Shown in pieces: positions 50,630 through 57,412 of a stretch of 64,000 nt of DNA; within the stretch, counting starts at the first letter, position 1, and every line of letters begins with the position of its first letter. Location of the stretch: IMG/VR virus record IMGVR_UViG_3300042114_000045, positions 1 through 64,000 of that record; one strand, written 5' to 3'. The notes beneath the pieces were generated by a model, which did no database searches, was not told where the DNA came from, and saw nothing but the letters and a program-made list of their open reading frames with translations. This stretch comes from a virus. Both the position numbers and the translations under genes were made by a program.

Positions 50630-50651
50630 ATTATACTTAAAGTAGTCTTAA
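50630..50651 (-). promoter_or_regulatory. Late promoter for the phosphoesterase-terminase operon
   Basis: TTAAG-N11-TATAAT. Confidence 0.55.
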
Positions 50652-50658
50652 CTTTATC

Positions 50659-50680
50659 TTAAAGGTATATCTGCTATAAT
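50659..50680 (+). promoter_or_regulatory. Divergent plus-strand promoter
   Basis: TTAAAG-N7-TGCTATAAT, perfect extended -10. Confidence 0.55.
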
Positions 50681-50685
50681 ACACT

Positions 50686-50734
50686 ATAAGTACGGAATAG
50701 TCATACACGACATAATTAACTGTGCTTATCTTTT
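50686..50734 (+). ncRNA. Candidate ~50-nt hairpin small RNA
   Basis: Begins 5-6 nt after TATAAT; ATAAGTACGG pairs with CTGTGCTTAT (two G-U pairs), followed by CTTTT. Confidence 0.4.
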
Positions 50735-50801
50735 ATTAACTAACAATGATACTAAATCTGATTTTTTCATATTATCTATATTAAATACTGAAGAGTTTAA
50801 A

Positions 50802-50875
50802 TGGTTCGGATATAGAGAATCGAACTCTAACCTCAGCTTCCCAAAAGCCGTGTGCTACCATAACACTTTATCCAA
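50802..50875 (-). tRNA. tRNA-Pro(TGG)
   Basis: Cloverleaf, loop TT-TGG-GA, encoded CCA. Confidence 0.85.
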
Positions 50876-50878
50876 ATA

Positions 50879-50954
50879 TGGTGCTACCAACAGGGATCGA
50901 ACCTGTGACACTAGGATTTTCAATCCTATGCTCTACCATCTGAGCTACAATAGC
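50879..50954 (-). tRNA. tRNA-Phe(GAA)
   Basis: Loop TT-GAA-AA, CCA; three G-U pairs in the acceptor stem. Confidence 0.85.
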
Positions 50955-50955
50955 A

Positions 50956-51032
50956 TGGTGGAATATATCGGATTCGAACCGATCACCTCTAGCGTGCAAA
51001 GCTAGCGCTCTACCAAAATGAGCTAATACCCC
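50956..51032 (-). tRNA. tRNA-Ala(TGC)
   Basis: Loop TT-TGC-AC, G3-U70, CCA. Confidence 0.9.
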
Positions 51033-51042
51033 TTATAAAAAT

Positions 51043-51119
51043 TGGTTGTTCCATAAGGACTTGAACCTTAAACCTCTCGATTATCAACCGAACGCTCTGA
51101 CCAATTGAGCTATGGAACA
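51043..51119 (-). tRNA. tRNA-Ile(GAT)
   Basis: Loop TT-GAT-AA, CCA. Confidence 0.9.
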
Positions 51120-51121
51120 TT

Positions 51122-51197
51122 TGGCACTCCTAATCGGATTCGAACCGATATGAGCTCCTGGAAAGGGAGCCATCCTAAACCATTAGATGATAGGAGC
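51122..51197 (-). tRNA. tRNA-Glu(TTC)
   Basis: Loop CT-TTC-CA, G discriminator, Glu-type D arm, CCA. Confidence 0.8.
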
Positions 51198-51199
51198 AT

Positions 51200-51273
51200 T
51201 GGCTCTCTAGGTAGGTATCGAACCTACGACTTCCCTTTAACAGAGGGATGCTTGACCTTCAAGCTACTAGAGA
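51200..51273 (-). tRNA. tRNA-Asn(GTT)
   Basis: Loop CT-GTT-AA, CCA. Confidence 0.9.
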
Positions 51274-51274
51274 A

Positions 51275-51351
51275 TGGGGTAATCGACGAGACTCGAACTC
51301 GCAACATTCAGGATCACAACCTGACGCCTCTACCATTGGGCTACGACTAAC
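51275..51351 (-). tRNA. tRNA-His(GTG)
   Basis: Loop TT-GTG-AT, C discriminator, CCA. Confidence 0.85.
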
Positions 51352-51358
51352 ATAAATT

Positions 51359-51442
51359 TGGTGCGGAAGGAGAGACTCGAACTCTCACGCCTTTCAGCAC
51401 TGGTTTCTAAGACCAGATTGGCTACCATTACAACACTCCCGC
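51359..51442 (-). tRNA. tRNA-Leu(TAG)
   Basis: Loop CT-TAG-AA, long variable arm, CCA. Confidence 0.9.
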
Positions 51443-51443
51443 A

Positions 51444-51517
51444 TGGATCGAGGACCAGGGTTCGAACCTGGATTCGCAACTTCAAAGGCTGCTGTCCTAC
51501 CATTAGACGATCCTCGA
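51444..51517 (-). tRNA. tRNA-Gln(TTG)
   Basis: Loop CT-TTG-AA, CCA. Confidence 0.85.
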
Positions 51518-51520
51518 ATA

Positions 51521-51596
51521 TGGAGCTCAATATCAGAATCGAACTGATTATCTCCTGGTTACAAATCAGGCGCTTCGCCAGCAAAGCTTATCAAGC
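51521..51596 (-). tRNA. tRNA-Thr(TGT)
   Basis: Loop TT-TGT-AA, CCA. Confidence 0.85.
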
Positions 51597-51609
51597 ATAT
51601 TATATAAAT

Positions 51610-51641
51610 AAAAAAGGGCAGAACCTTTCGATCCTACCCTT
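51610..51641 (-). terminator. Intrinsic terminator (attenuator) between the leader peptide and the tRNA array
   Basis: AAGGGTAGGATC-GAAA-GGTTCTGCCC-TTTTTT, ending about 13 nt before tRNA-Thr. Confidence 0.8.
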
Positions 51642-51664
51642 CTAAAGATGAACTGTGTATAAAA

Positions 51665-51766
51665 CTATATACCAGTAACCTCAAAAGGGCACAGACACGT
51701 CTCGGCATTAAACGCCGGTAGCTGATGATTAATAATATTTACATTATGTAGTTGTGCTATTGCCAT
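51665..51766 (-). CDS. Leader peptide of the tRNA operon (MAIAQLHNVNIINHQLPAFNAETCLCPFEVTGI)
   Basis: AAGGA SD 6 nt before ATG; 33 codons; stop about 22 nt before the terminator; not in the ORF track. Confidence 0.7.
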   Translation of the reverse strand: MAIAQLHNVNIINHQLPAFNAETCLCPFEVTGI

Positions 51767-51797
51767 GTCTGTTCCTTATTTATTTTATATTTGAGTA

Positions 51798-51819
51798 ATT
51801 GTACTATTAATATGCTTTA
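51798..51819 (-). promoter_or_regulatory. Promoter of the leader-tRNA operon
   Basis: TAAAG-N11-TACAAT, the same class as the other late promoters. Confidence 0.55.
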
Positions 51820-51857
51820 ATATACCTTAAATCTGTGTAGTATACAATAGACTGTAA

Positions 51858-52928
51858 TTATACAAGTTCATTAGCAATTTTTCTTACTACATTCATGGCT
51901 AATACTTCACCACTATCAACTGCAGCTTCATACAATCTATATAAAGGTACAACTTTCATGCCATACATACCAACAGCGTTAGCCCACGCATAAGTACCAT
52001 CAACACAGTTATTAACATCAAAAGAATCTTGAATATGACATAGTACTCCGCTATCTTTATCAACAGCTTTTAAAATAATATCATCAACACTATTACATTT
52101 CCTTCTTCGTCTAAATTCTACAACAGCTTCTTTAATAATATTTTCCTCAAGCGTAGAGTAGTATGTACCATACACTATATGTTTAACCATAAACACCCTC
52201 TCTGTACTCTTTAAAGTCTTTCCTTTAACATACATTGGAATAATAGTGTAAACACTGTACACGTAGATATTACCTTTCTTATATAAGAACTTCTCACCAA
52301 ATCTTAATATACCAGACGTATTAGTAAGCTTACCTCTATTAATATAAGCTATTACACATTCCCTAGCATCTCTATAACTCTTCGGTGAATAGCCTATCCT
52401 AATTGAGTAAGCAACCATTGCAAGTTTACCAACACTACAAGTTACACCAACTATACCTATAGCTTCTAGTATATTTTCAAAAGACAACACTATATTATGC
52501 CGTGCTATACCTACGTCCCTAGTACTCCATATTCTATTTTCAATACGTCTAATACTATTATTACTAAAAGCTTTATAATCAATCAGTTGTTTACCAGTTG
52601 ATAAGCCATTATACCCTCTACCGTTATTACTTCTTTTACCAATAGAAGCTAGAGCTGATAGCCTAGTACCAGTATACCCATGTACTACTAGCAACCTAAA
52701 CAACGTAGTTCTTAACTCGGTAAACAATTTCTTACCTGCGTCTGTGTCATTAATACTTTCACCAACATATATACCACTAGTCATTCTATGAACATTAAAT
52801 ATATTTGGAGCTAATCCTAAAGCTGCGGCAATCTCTTCTAGTGTGTCAGCCTTTGTGTATAAATTAACGTATCTTAATACTTCATCACATAGTATACGTC
52901 TGTTGAGTACCTTTTTAACGATCCACAT
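51858..52928 (-). CDS. Hypothetical protein
   Basis: 356-aa ORF in an operon; C-terminal DS....NC..GT..W motif. Confidence 0.55.
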   Translation of the reverse strand: MWIVKKVLNRRILCDEVLRYVNLYTKADTLEEIAAALGLAPNIFNVHRMTSGIYVGESINDTDAGKKLFTELRTTLFRLLVVHGYTGTRLSALASIGKRSNNGRGYNGLSTGKQLIDYKAFSNNSIRRIENRIWSTRDVGIARHNIVLSFENILEAIGIVGVTCSVGKLAMVAYSIRIGYSPKSYRDARECVIAYINRGKLTNTSGILRFGEKFLYKKGNIYVYSVYTIIPMYVKGKTLKSTERVFMVKHIVYGTYYSTLEENIIKEAVVEFRRRRKCNSVDDIILKAVDKDSGVLCHIQDSFDVNNCVDGTYAWANAVGMYGMKVVPLYRLYEAAVDSGEVLAMNVVRKIANELV

Positions 52929-53325
52929 TAGTTACCAACTTTGCATCCTGTACACCATGTTTGATATACCTATTTTTACCGCTACTACTAACGTATTTTC
53001 TAACAACACCTTCCATATAAACCCTAACAAGTTTACCAGTTCCTATTAGCCCTAGCTTCTTTCTATCAGTACTACTCAGTAATACCCATACATGATCTAG
53101 ACCATCACCACGTATACTAACATTCTTTAACATAACAGTAGGATTTCTATAATCACCACCTCTTAACTCACCACTGAACTTAACCGTCATACCAACGTAA
53201 TGTTCTAAATGACTTCTATCAGCATCCTCAGTTATATTAACAGTCTTACTTTTTAGTTTATAGTGTGCATCCCTAACCGATTTTGGTGCACCTGCTAAGA
53301 TATGAGTGTTCCTATGTTTCTTCAT
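52915..53325 (-). CDS. Hypothetical protein (possible OB fold, DH.W motif)
   Basis: ATGA coupling; resembles 59311..59619. Confidence 0.55.
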   Translation of the reverse strand: MKKHRNTHILAGAPKSVRDAHYKLKSKTVNITEDADRSHLEHYVGMTVKFSGELRGGDYRNPTVMLKNVSIRGDGLDHVWVLLSSTDRKKLGLIGTGKLVRVYMEGVVRKYVSSSGKNRYIKHGVQDAKLVTNVDR

Positions 53326-53789
53326 ACAAGATTACCTCTTACACTTCTCATACCAGTCTCTTTATCATATACAATACTAAGATGTATGTTCTTATTCCGT
53401 AGTTCATTAATAGTCTTCCAATCACCTTTACCAAACAGATAAGGATTCAACATAAACGTACCAGTGTCTATTCTACTTATAATACCAGACTTTAATAGAT
53501 CTTGTAACCTATTATCTATAGTCTTAACACTAAATCCAGTAGCTTCAGATATTCGTCTCTTAAACACCGCAGTCAGACCTATCTCTTGTGTACCATATGT
53601 AACGTACTTCAACAACTCTTGTAACAAAGCACCAGCAGAAGCAGGTATATTATGCAGATAAGATATATCCTCTAGGTACAACTTAACATAATTAGGTTCT
53701 TCTCCTTTAAATCTTTTAACCACTGTGCTACTCTTAATCTCACCAGTAGTATAATCTATACTATCCGTAGTTTCTATTACTTTACCCAT
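53322..53789 (-). CDS. RepL-like winged-helix replication/regulatory protein
   Basis: ID..TGEI, EP.YVKLY, HTH, G.FMLNPYLFGKG.W. Confidence 0.65.
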   Translation of the reverse strand: MGKVIETTDSIDYTTGEIKSSTVVKRFKGEEPNYVKLYLEDISYLHNIPASAGALLQELLKYVTYGTQEIGLTAVFKRRISEATGFSVKTIDNRLQDLLKSGIISRIDTGTFMLNPYLFGKGDWKTINELRNKNIHLSIVYDKETGMRSVRGNLV

Positions 53790-53884
53790 CTATATTCCTT
53801 ATATTTATACAGTATTATAACATACCCTGACTTAAGGGAACCTTTTACTAAATGCTAATATAAACATACACTATTATCAGGGTA

Positions 53885-53948
53885 TTCCCTGTCACAGTTA
53901 ATAACCTTCCCTGTCACAGGGAATGTTGTACCCTACCACAGGGAATGT
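53885..53948. repeat. Cluster of TTCCCTGTCACAG(GGAA) direct/inverted repeats
   Basis: Copies at 53885-53897, 53907-53923 (palindrome TTCCCTGT-C-ACAGGGAA) and 53931-53948 (variant). Confidence 0.8.
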
Positions 53949-54257
53949 ACTAAATTCAGCAAACACCGACTGCATAGGGTCTAGAGGCTACTTTTTACAA
54001 ATCCTCACCTCTTATATATTATCCCTGGTAAGCAGACTAGAGTTTGTAGTTGTATTAGTTATTTACTTTAAGGTTATTGCGAACGCTGCTAAGATTCATT
54101 TAAGCCAGCTCATGTGCGGAAAATTTTATAATTTTTGTGAAGAGTCACTACCCTCCGTCCAGTCATACCATCGACTACCACCCCCCCCATTAAGTCGGTA
54201 AGAGACTCCTTTTCCCTCACTACCCCCAAAACAATTTTACTTCTTCTTAGCCTTGAC

Positions 54258-54270
54258 CTTTGAACCTGTA
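54258..54270 (+). promoter_or_regulatory. CTTTGAACCTGTA motif, copy 1 (candidate early promoter)
   Basis: Exact 13-mer repeated at 55364; lies upstream of the first early gene. Confidence 0.4.
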
Positions 54271-54312
54271 CGGAGCAGTAGCAATACTGTATCTTATCTC
54301 AAAGGACCAACA

Positions 54313-54669
54313 ATGGCAACAATACTAAACTTTACTAATGCAATCGCATCAACAAAAGACGACTCTATTAACATAGATGAGGCAACTCTTAGAACTACTA
54401 AAGTGTATGCTAAACTTATGTTAGCTAAAGGCGAAAAGTTCGAAGCGGTAACTTCTAGAGAGCAGTTCTTATTAAGTGAATCAGGTGACTATATCAGAGC
54501 AGAGCTATTCTTTATTAATAAGAATAACAATATGCTTATAGACCATCGGCTTTATCTTAATGTATCGATTGATGCTACTATTAAAGTTAATACTCAGAAC
54601 AAGTTCTACTATGTAGAGCTAATTCATCCTACTATCAGCCTAGCTGAAGATGAAGCAACTAGCTTCTAA
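54313..54669 (+). CDS. Early hypothetical protein
   Basis: AAAGGA SD before the ATG at 54313. Confidence 0.65.
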   Translation: MATILNFTNAIASTKDDSINIDEATLRTTKVYAKLMLAKGEKFEAVTSREQFLLSESGDYIRAELFFINKNNNMLIDHRLYLNVSIDATIKVNTQNKFYYVELIHPTISLAEDEATSF

Positions 54670-54758
54670 GTCGATAGAGTAACTACGGTCTCGTAGATGT
54701 ATTGGTCTAATCAGCCAAGAACCAATTAACCAACCCATTCTAAAATAAAGGACCTATT

Positions 54759-55088
54759 ATGAAATCTCAAACTCAATCAATCTTCCAATCTACTAAGCAA
54801 ATTGCAACTTCAACTGCAAGCTTTGTAACTAAAACCGTAGATGTTGCGGTAATTGCTATTGATACTGTATCTAACGAACTTATTACTATGAAGATTAACA
54901 ATTCTATTAATAATATTAGTGAAGTCGTAGATACTAAAAAGTCAGCGTTAAACGATATGTATACAGAACTTGATGTATTATCAGCAATTAAAGCTCCTAC
55001 TGAACGGCAAAAATCCGAGTTAGAGGACCTTAGATTAGCCATTAAGCTCATCAAAGATGTTGACATATCTGCAGTGGCGAGAAACTAA
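54759..55088 (+). CDS. Early hypothetical protein
   Basis: AAAGGA SD, 109 aa. Confidence 0.65.
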   Translation: MKSQTQSIFQSTKQIATSTASFVTKTVDVAVIAIDTVSNELITMKINNSINNISEVVDTKKSALNDMYTELDVLSAIKAPTERQKSELEDLRLAIKLIKDVDISAVARN

Positions 55089-55198
55089 GATGAGTAGCTT
55101 TATCTTAGTATTAGCTACGGCTATGGTGTTGATTGCCTACTCAGACCGTTTAGTCCCAGATTCGCTGGCTAGATGGGCATCCAAGTATCTCAAGCTAT

Positions 55199-55228
55199 GA
55201 TACCCTTCGGGGTATTATTTTTTTTTTT
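55199..55228 (+). terminator. Intrinsic terminator
   Basis: GATACCC-TTCG-GGGTATT followed by T11. Confidence 0.85.
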
Positions 55229-55363
55229 CTGTTCCTCACATCGTACCGCTGATTTCTTCTTTGCCTTCACCATTTGGAAAGTCATTGACAAGAGGAAGCT
55301 ATTTATTTCCAAGCTTCGTTCTTTTGGTTCACCGTTCTATCGAATTTCTTCTCAGACGATAGG

Positions 55364-55376
55364 CTTTGAACCTGTA
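55364..55376 (+). promoter_or_regulatory. CTTTGAACCTGTA motif, copy 2
   Basis: After the terminator, ahead of the second early unit. Confidence 0.4.
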
Positions 55377-55708
55377 AAGGACTTTTCTTTCTTTAATCAG
55401 CTGAACCGCGAGAGCAACGAGCGGGCTACAACGACTAGCAGACCTAGACGGGCTACAACGATTAACAGAATAAGGTTAGCAGATCAGAGTATTATCTACG
55501 GTAAGGGTAGAGGAATGCCATCTAGGAGAGCCGTAGAGAACGATTAGCAGTTGGGAGTAGGAAGACCAGGGTAAGGCAGAGAAGAGCATCGTATGGTAGG
55601 TCAGAATAGCTAGAATAGCGATGATATACTCATTCAACAACATCTCAACCAAACACAGAAACCAACAGGTAACCTACACCAACATACACTAAAACAAAGG
55701 AACAAACA

Positions 55709-55918
55709 ATGGAATTAGTATCAAATGTAATTAACTTATACACATTAAGTGTACACCTAATAGGAACATTACTATGTATGATTTTAATATTCTTTGCAAA
55801 CAAAGAAAAAGGAACAGACATACCATTATGGGGTGCATTACTACTATGGATGTTTGGGTGGATGATAATACTATTCATTCTATATACTACCCTTGATGAA
55901 AAATTTAGGAGTAAGTAA
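55709..55918 (+). CDS. Small membrane protein (2 TM)
   Basis: AAGGA SD; two hydrophobic helices. Confidence 0.6.
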   Translation: MELVSNVINLYTLSVHLIGTLLCMILIFFANKEKGTDIPLWGALLLWMFGWMIILFILYTTLDEKFRSK

Positions 55919-55919
55919 T

Positions 55920-56042
55920 ATGGCTAAACTAACAGTAAAGCCATCTAAAATCAAAGTAAGACAAGTATGGTCATTCAATCCAGTGACTAGAACAGTACCA
56001 AGTAAAAAACTATATAAAAGAAGCAAACAAGTATGGGTATAG
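55920..56042 (+). CDS. Small basic peptide (40 aa), possibly ArfA/BrfA-like
   Basis: AGGAG SD; MAKLTVKPSKIKVRQVWSFNPVTRTVPSKKLYKRSKQVWV; not in the ORF track. Confidence 0.6.
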   Translation: MAKLTVKPSKIKVRQVWSFNPVTRTVPSKKLYKRSKQVWV

Positions 56043-56152
56043 TAGAAGTAATCGTAATAACCATAATAATCTTCTCTGTAATAGTAAGAGATAGTAAACT
56101 AGAAACAAGTATAACCAATTGGTTAGAGAAAAAAACTAAAAATAAAGGATAA
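56033..56152 (+). CDS. Small single-TM protein (39 aa)
   Basis: Overlaps the previous stop, fills the gap; hydrophobic N-terminus. Confidence 0.45.
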   Translation: MGIVEVIVITIIIFSVIVRDSKLETSITNWLEKKTKNKG

Positions 56153-56155
56153 ACA

Positions 56156-56431
56156 ATGTTACAAGCATTAGATAAAGCATTAACTGAAATAGAAACATCA
56201 TTAGCGAAAGTTGGAGTAGTACGAACAAGAAAAGGCGAAGCACCTTCTAGATTAGCTACAAATGTAGAGATAGCAAAAGCTAGAAATGTATCAAATATTG
56301 CTGGTATACCATACAGAGAAGCACTAGCCGTGACAATCAAAAGAGCAGACAGAATGGCATCAGCAACAGAAACCGTAGGTTCAGTTAGAAGAGCTGAAAG
56401 CTATTACCATTTACCAATAGAAGAGAAATAA
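56156..56431 (+). CDS. Early hypothetical protein
   Basis: AAGGA SD. Confidence 0.65.
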   Translation: MLQALDKALTEIETSLAKVGVVRTRKGEAPSRLATNVEIAKARNVSNIAGIPYREALAVTIKRADRMASATETVGSVRRAESYYHLPIEEK

Positions 56432-56494
56432 GTCGCATTAGGCCTATCGTAAGATTATAAGCCCTAAGCTAACCACAAATAACAGGAGAAATTT

Positions 56495-56758
56495 ATGGCA
56501 AGAGAACAAGGAAGACTATCAAGAGTAGCAAATGCATTAGTGGATACACCAGTAGACATTGTAACAGACTTATTAGCAACTACGGGTAGTGTAACAAGAA
56601 TGGTTAGTATTGTAGCAGAAGAAGCACTAATTGGTTCACAGGGAGAACTATTAGATGCTAAGATAGCATATGCTAAGAAGCATTTTGATGTAGAGGCAAG
56701 CTTAGAAGAAATGAGCTTAACAATGGACCAAATCGAAAAACTATTAGGGAGAAAATAA
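56495..56758 (+). CDS. Early hypothetical protein
   Basis: AGGAG SD. Confidence 0.65.
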   Translation: MAREQGRLSRVANALVDTPVDIVTDLLATTGSVTRMVSIVAEEALIGSQGELLDAKIAYAKKHFDVEASLEEMSLTMDQIEKLLGRK

Positions 56759-56759
56759 T

Positions 56760-57365
56760 ATGCCAAAGAAAACAACAAACTCAGGAAAAGTAACAAAAAC
56801 AGTAGCTGTAAAAGCTAAAACTTCATTAGAGCAAGCAAGAGAAATAGTAGCTAGCAATAGAGTTGCAATTGGAAAACTAAAACAATTAGTTAACAACATT
56901 ACATCTACATTGGATTTAGATGAAGATAGAATGGCTAAGAGAATCGATGCCGCTATGAAATCAGAGTATGGTGCAGTAAATGGTATGATTAACTTAGTAG
57001 TGGCAATTAGTAATTGGCCAGTAGAAGCTGGAGATGGAGCAAATGTTGCACTTAATAGAAGAATACTTGAAGATAAATTCAATCTAGACTTACTATTAAT
57101 GGAAGATATTGGTTCGTTCAGAGGATATCATAGCTTTGCAACTGATACACTTGAAATCAAAGAGGGTAAAGAACCTGATTACCAAAACTACGCAGACTAT
57201 TGCAGAATCTTCTTAGAAGAACTTGGTGTAACTACTAACAGACCAACTATTGAACCAGTAGCTTGGAGAGGTAGAGAAGCCAAAGCAAGTAAAGATGCGA
57301 AAGATGAGCTAATCAAAATGGCAGATGCAATCGACAGATACAAGTTACAACTTGAAAACAAATAA
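56760..57365 (+). CDS. Early hypothetical protein
   Basis: 201-aa ORF, GGAG SD, upstream of the RNA polymerase. Confidence 0.65.
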   Translation: MPKKTTNSGKVTKTVAVKAKTSLEQAREIVASNRVAIGKLKQLVNNITSTLDLDEDRMAKRIDAAMKSEYGAVNGMINLVVAISNWPVEAGDGANVALNRRILEDKFNLDLLLMEDIGSFRGYHSFATDTLEIKEGKEPDYQNYADYCRIFLEELGVTTNRPTIEPVAWRGREAKASKDAKDELIKMADAIDRYKLQLENK

Positions 57366-57412
57366 TAATAGGCTAGTAAATCTAGCCTATTAAACTAACT
57401 AAAGGAAATAAA

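Noticed and set aside
51105-51645. ORFs overlapping the tRNA cluster
   Set aside because: The region is fully explained by ten tRNAs and the attenuator.
53885-53948. CRISPR mini-array
   Set aside because: The repeats are too short and the spacers under 10 nt; no cas genes.
55422-55461. GGCTACAACGA resembles part of the 10-23 DNAzyme core
   Set aside because: The match to an artificial motif is incomplete; chance is the likely explanation.
53923-55547. ORFs 53923..54201 and 55173..55547
   Set aside because: They cross repeats, a terminator and homopolymer tracts and lack an SD; likely non-coding.
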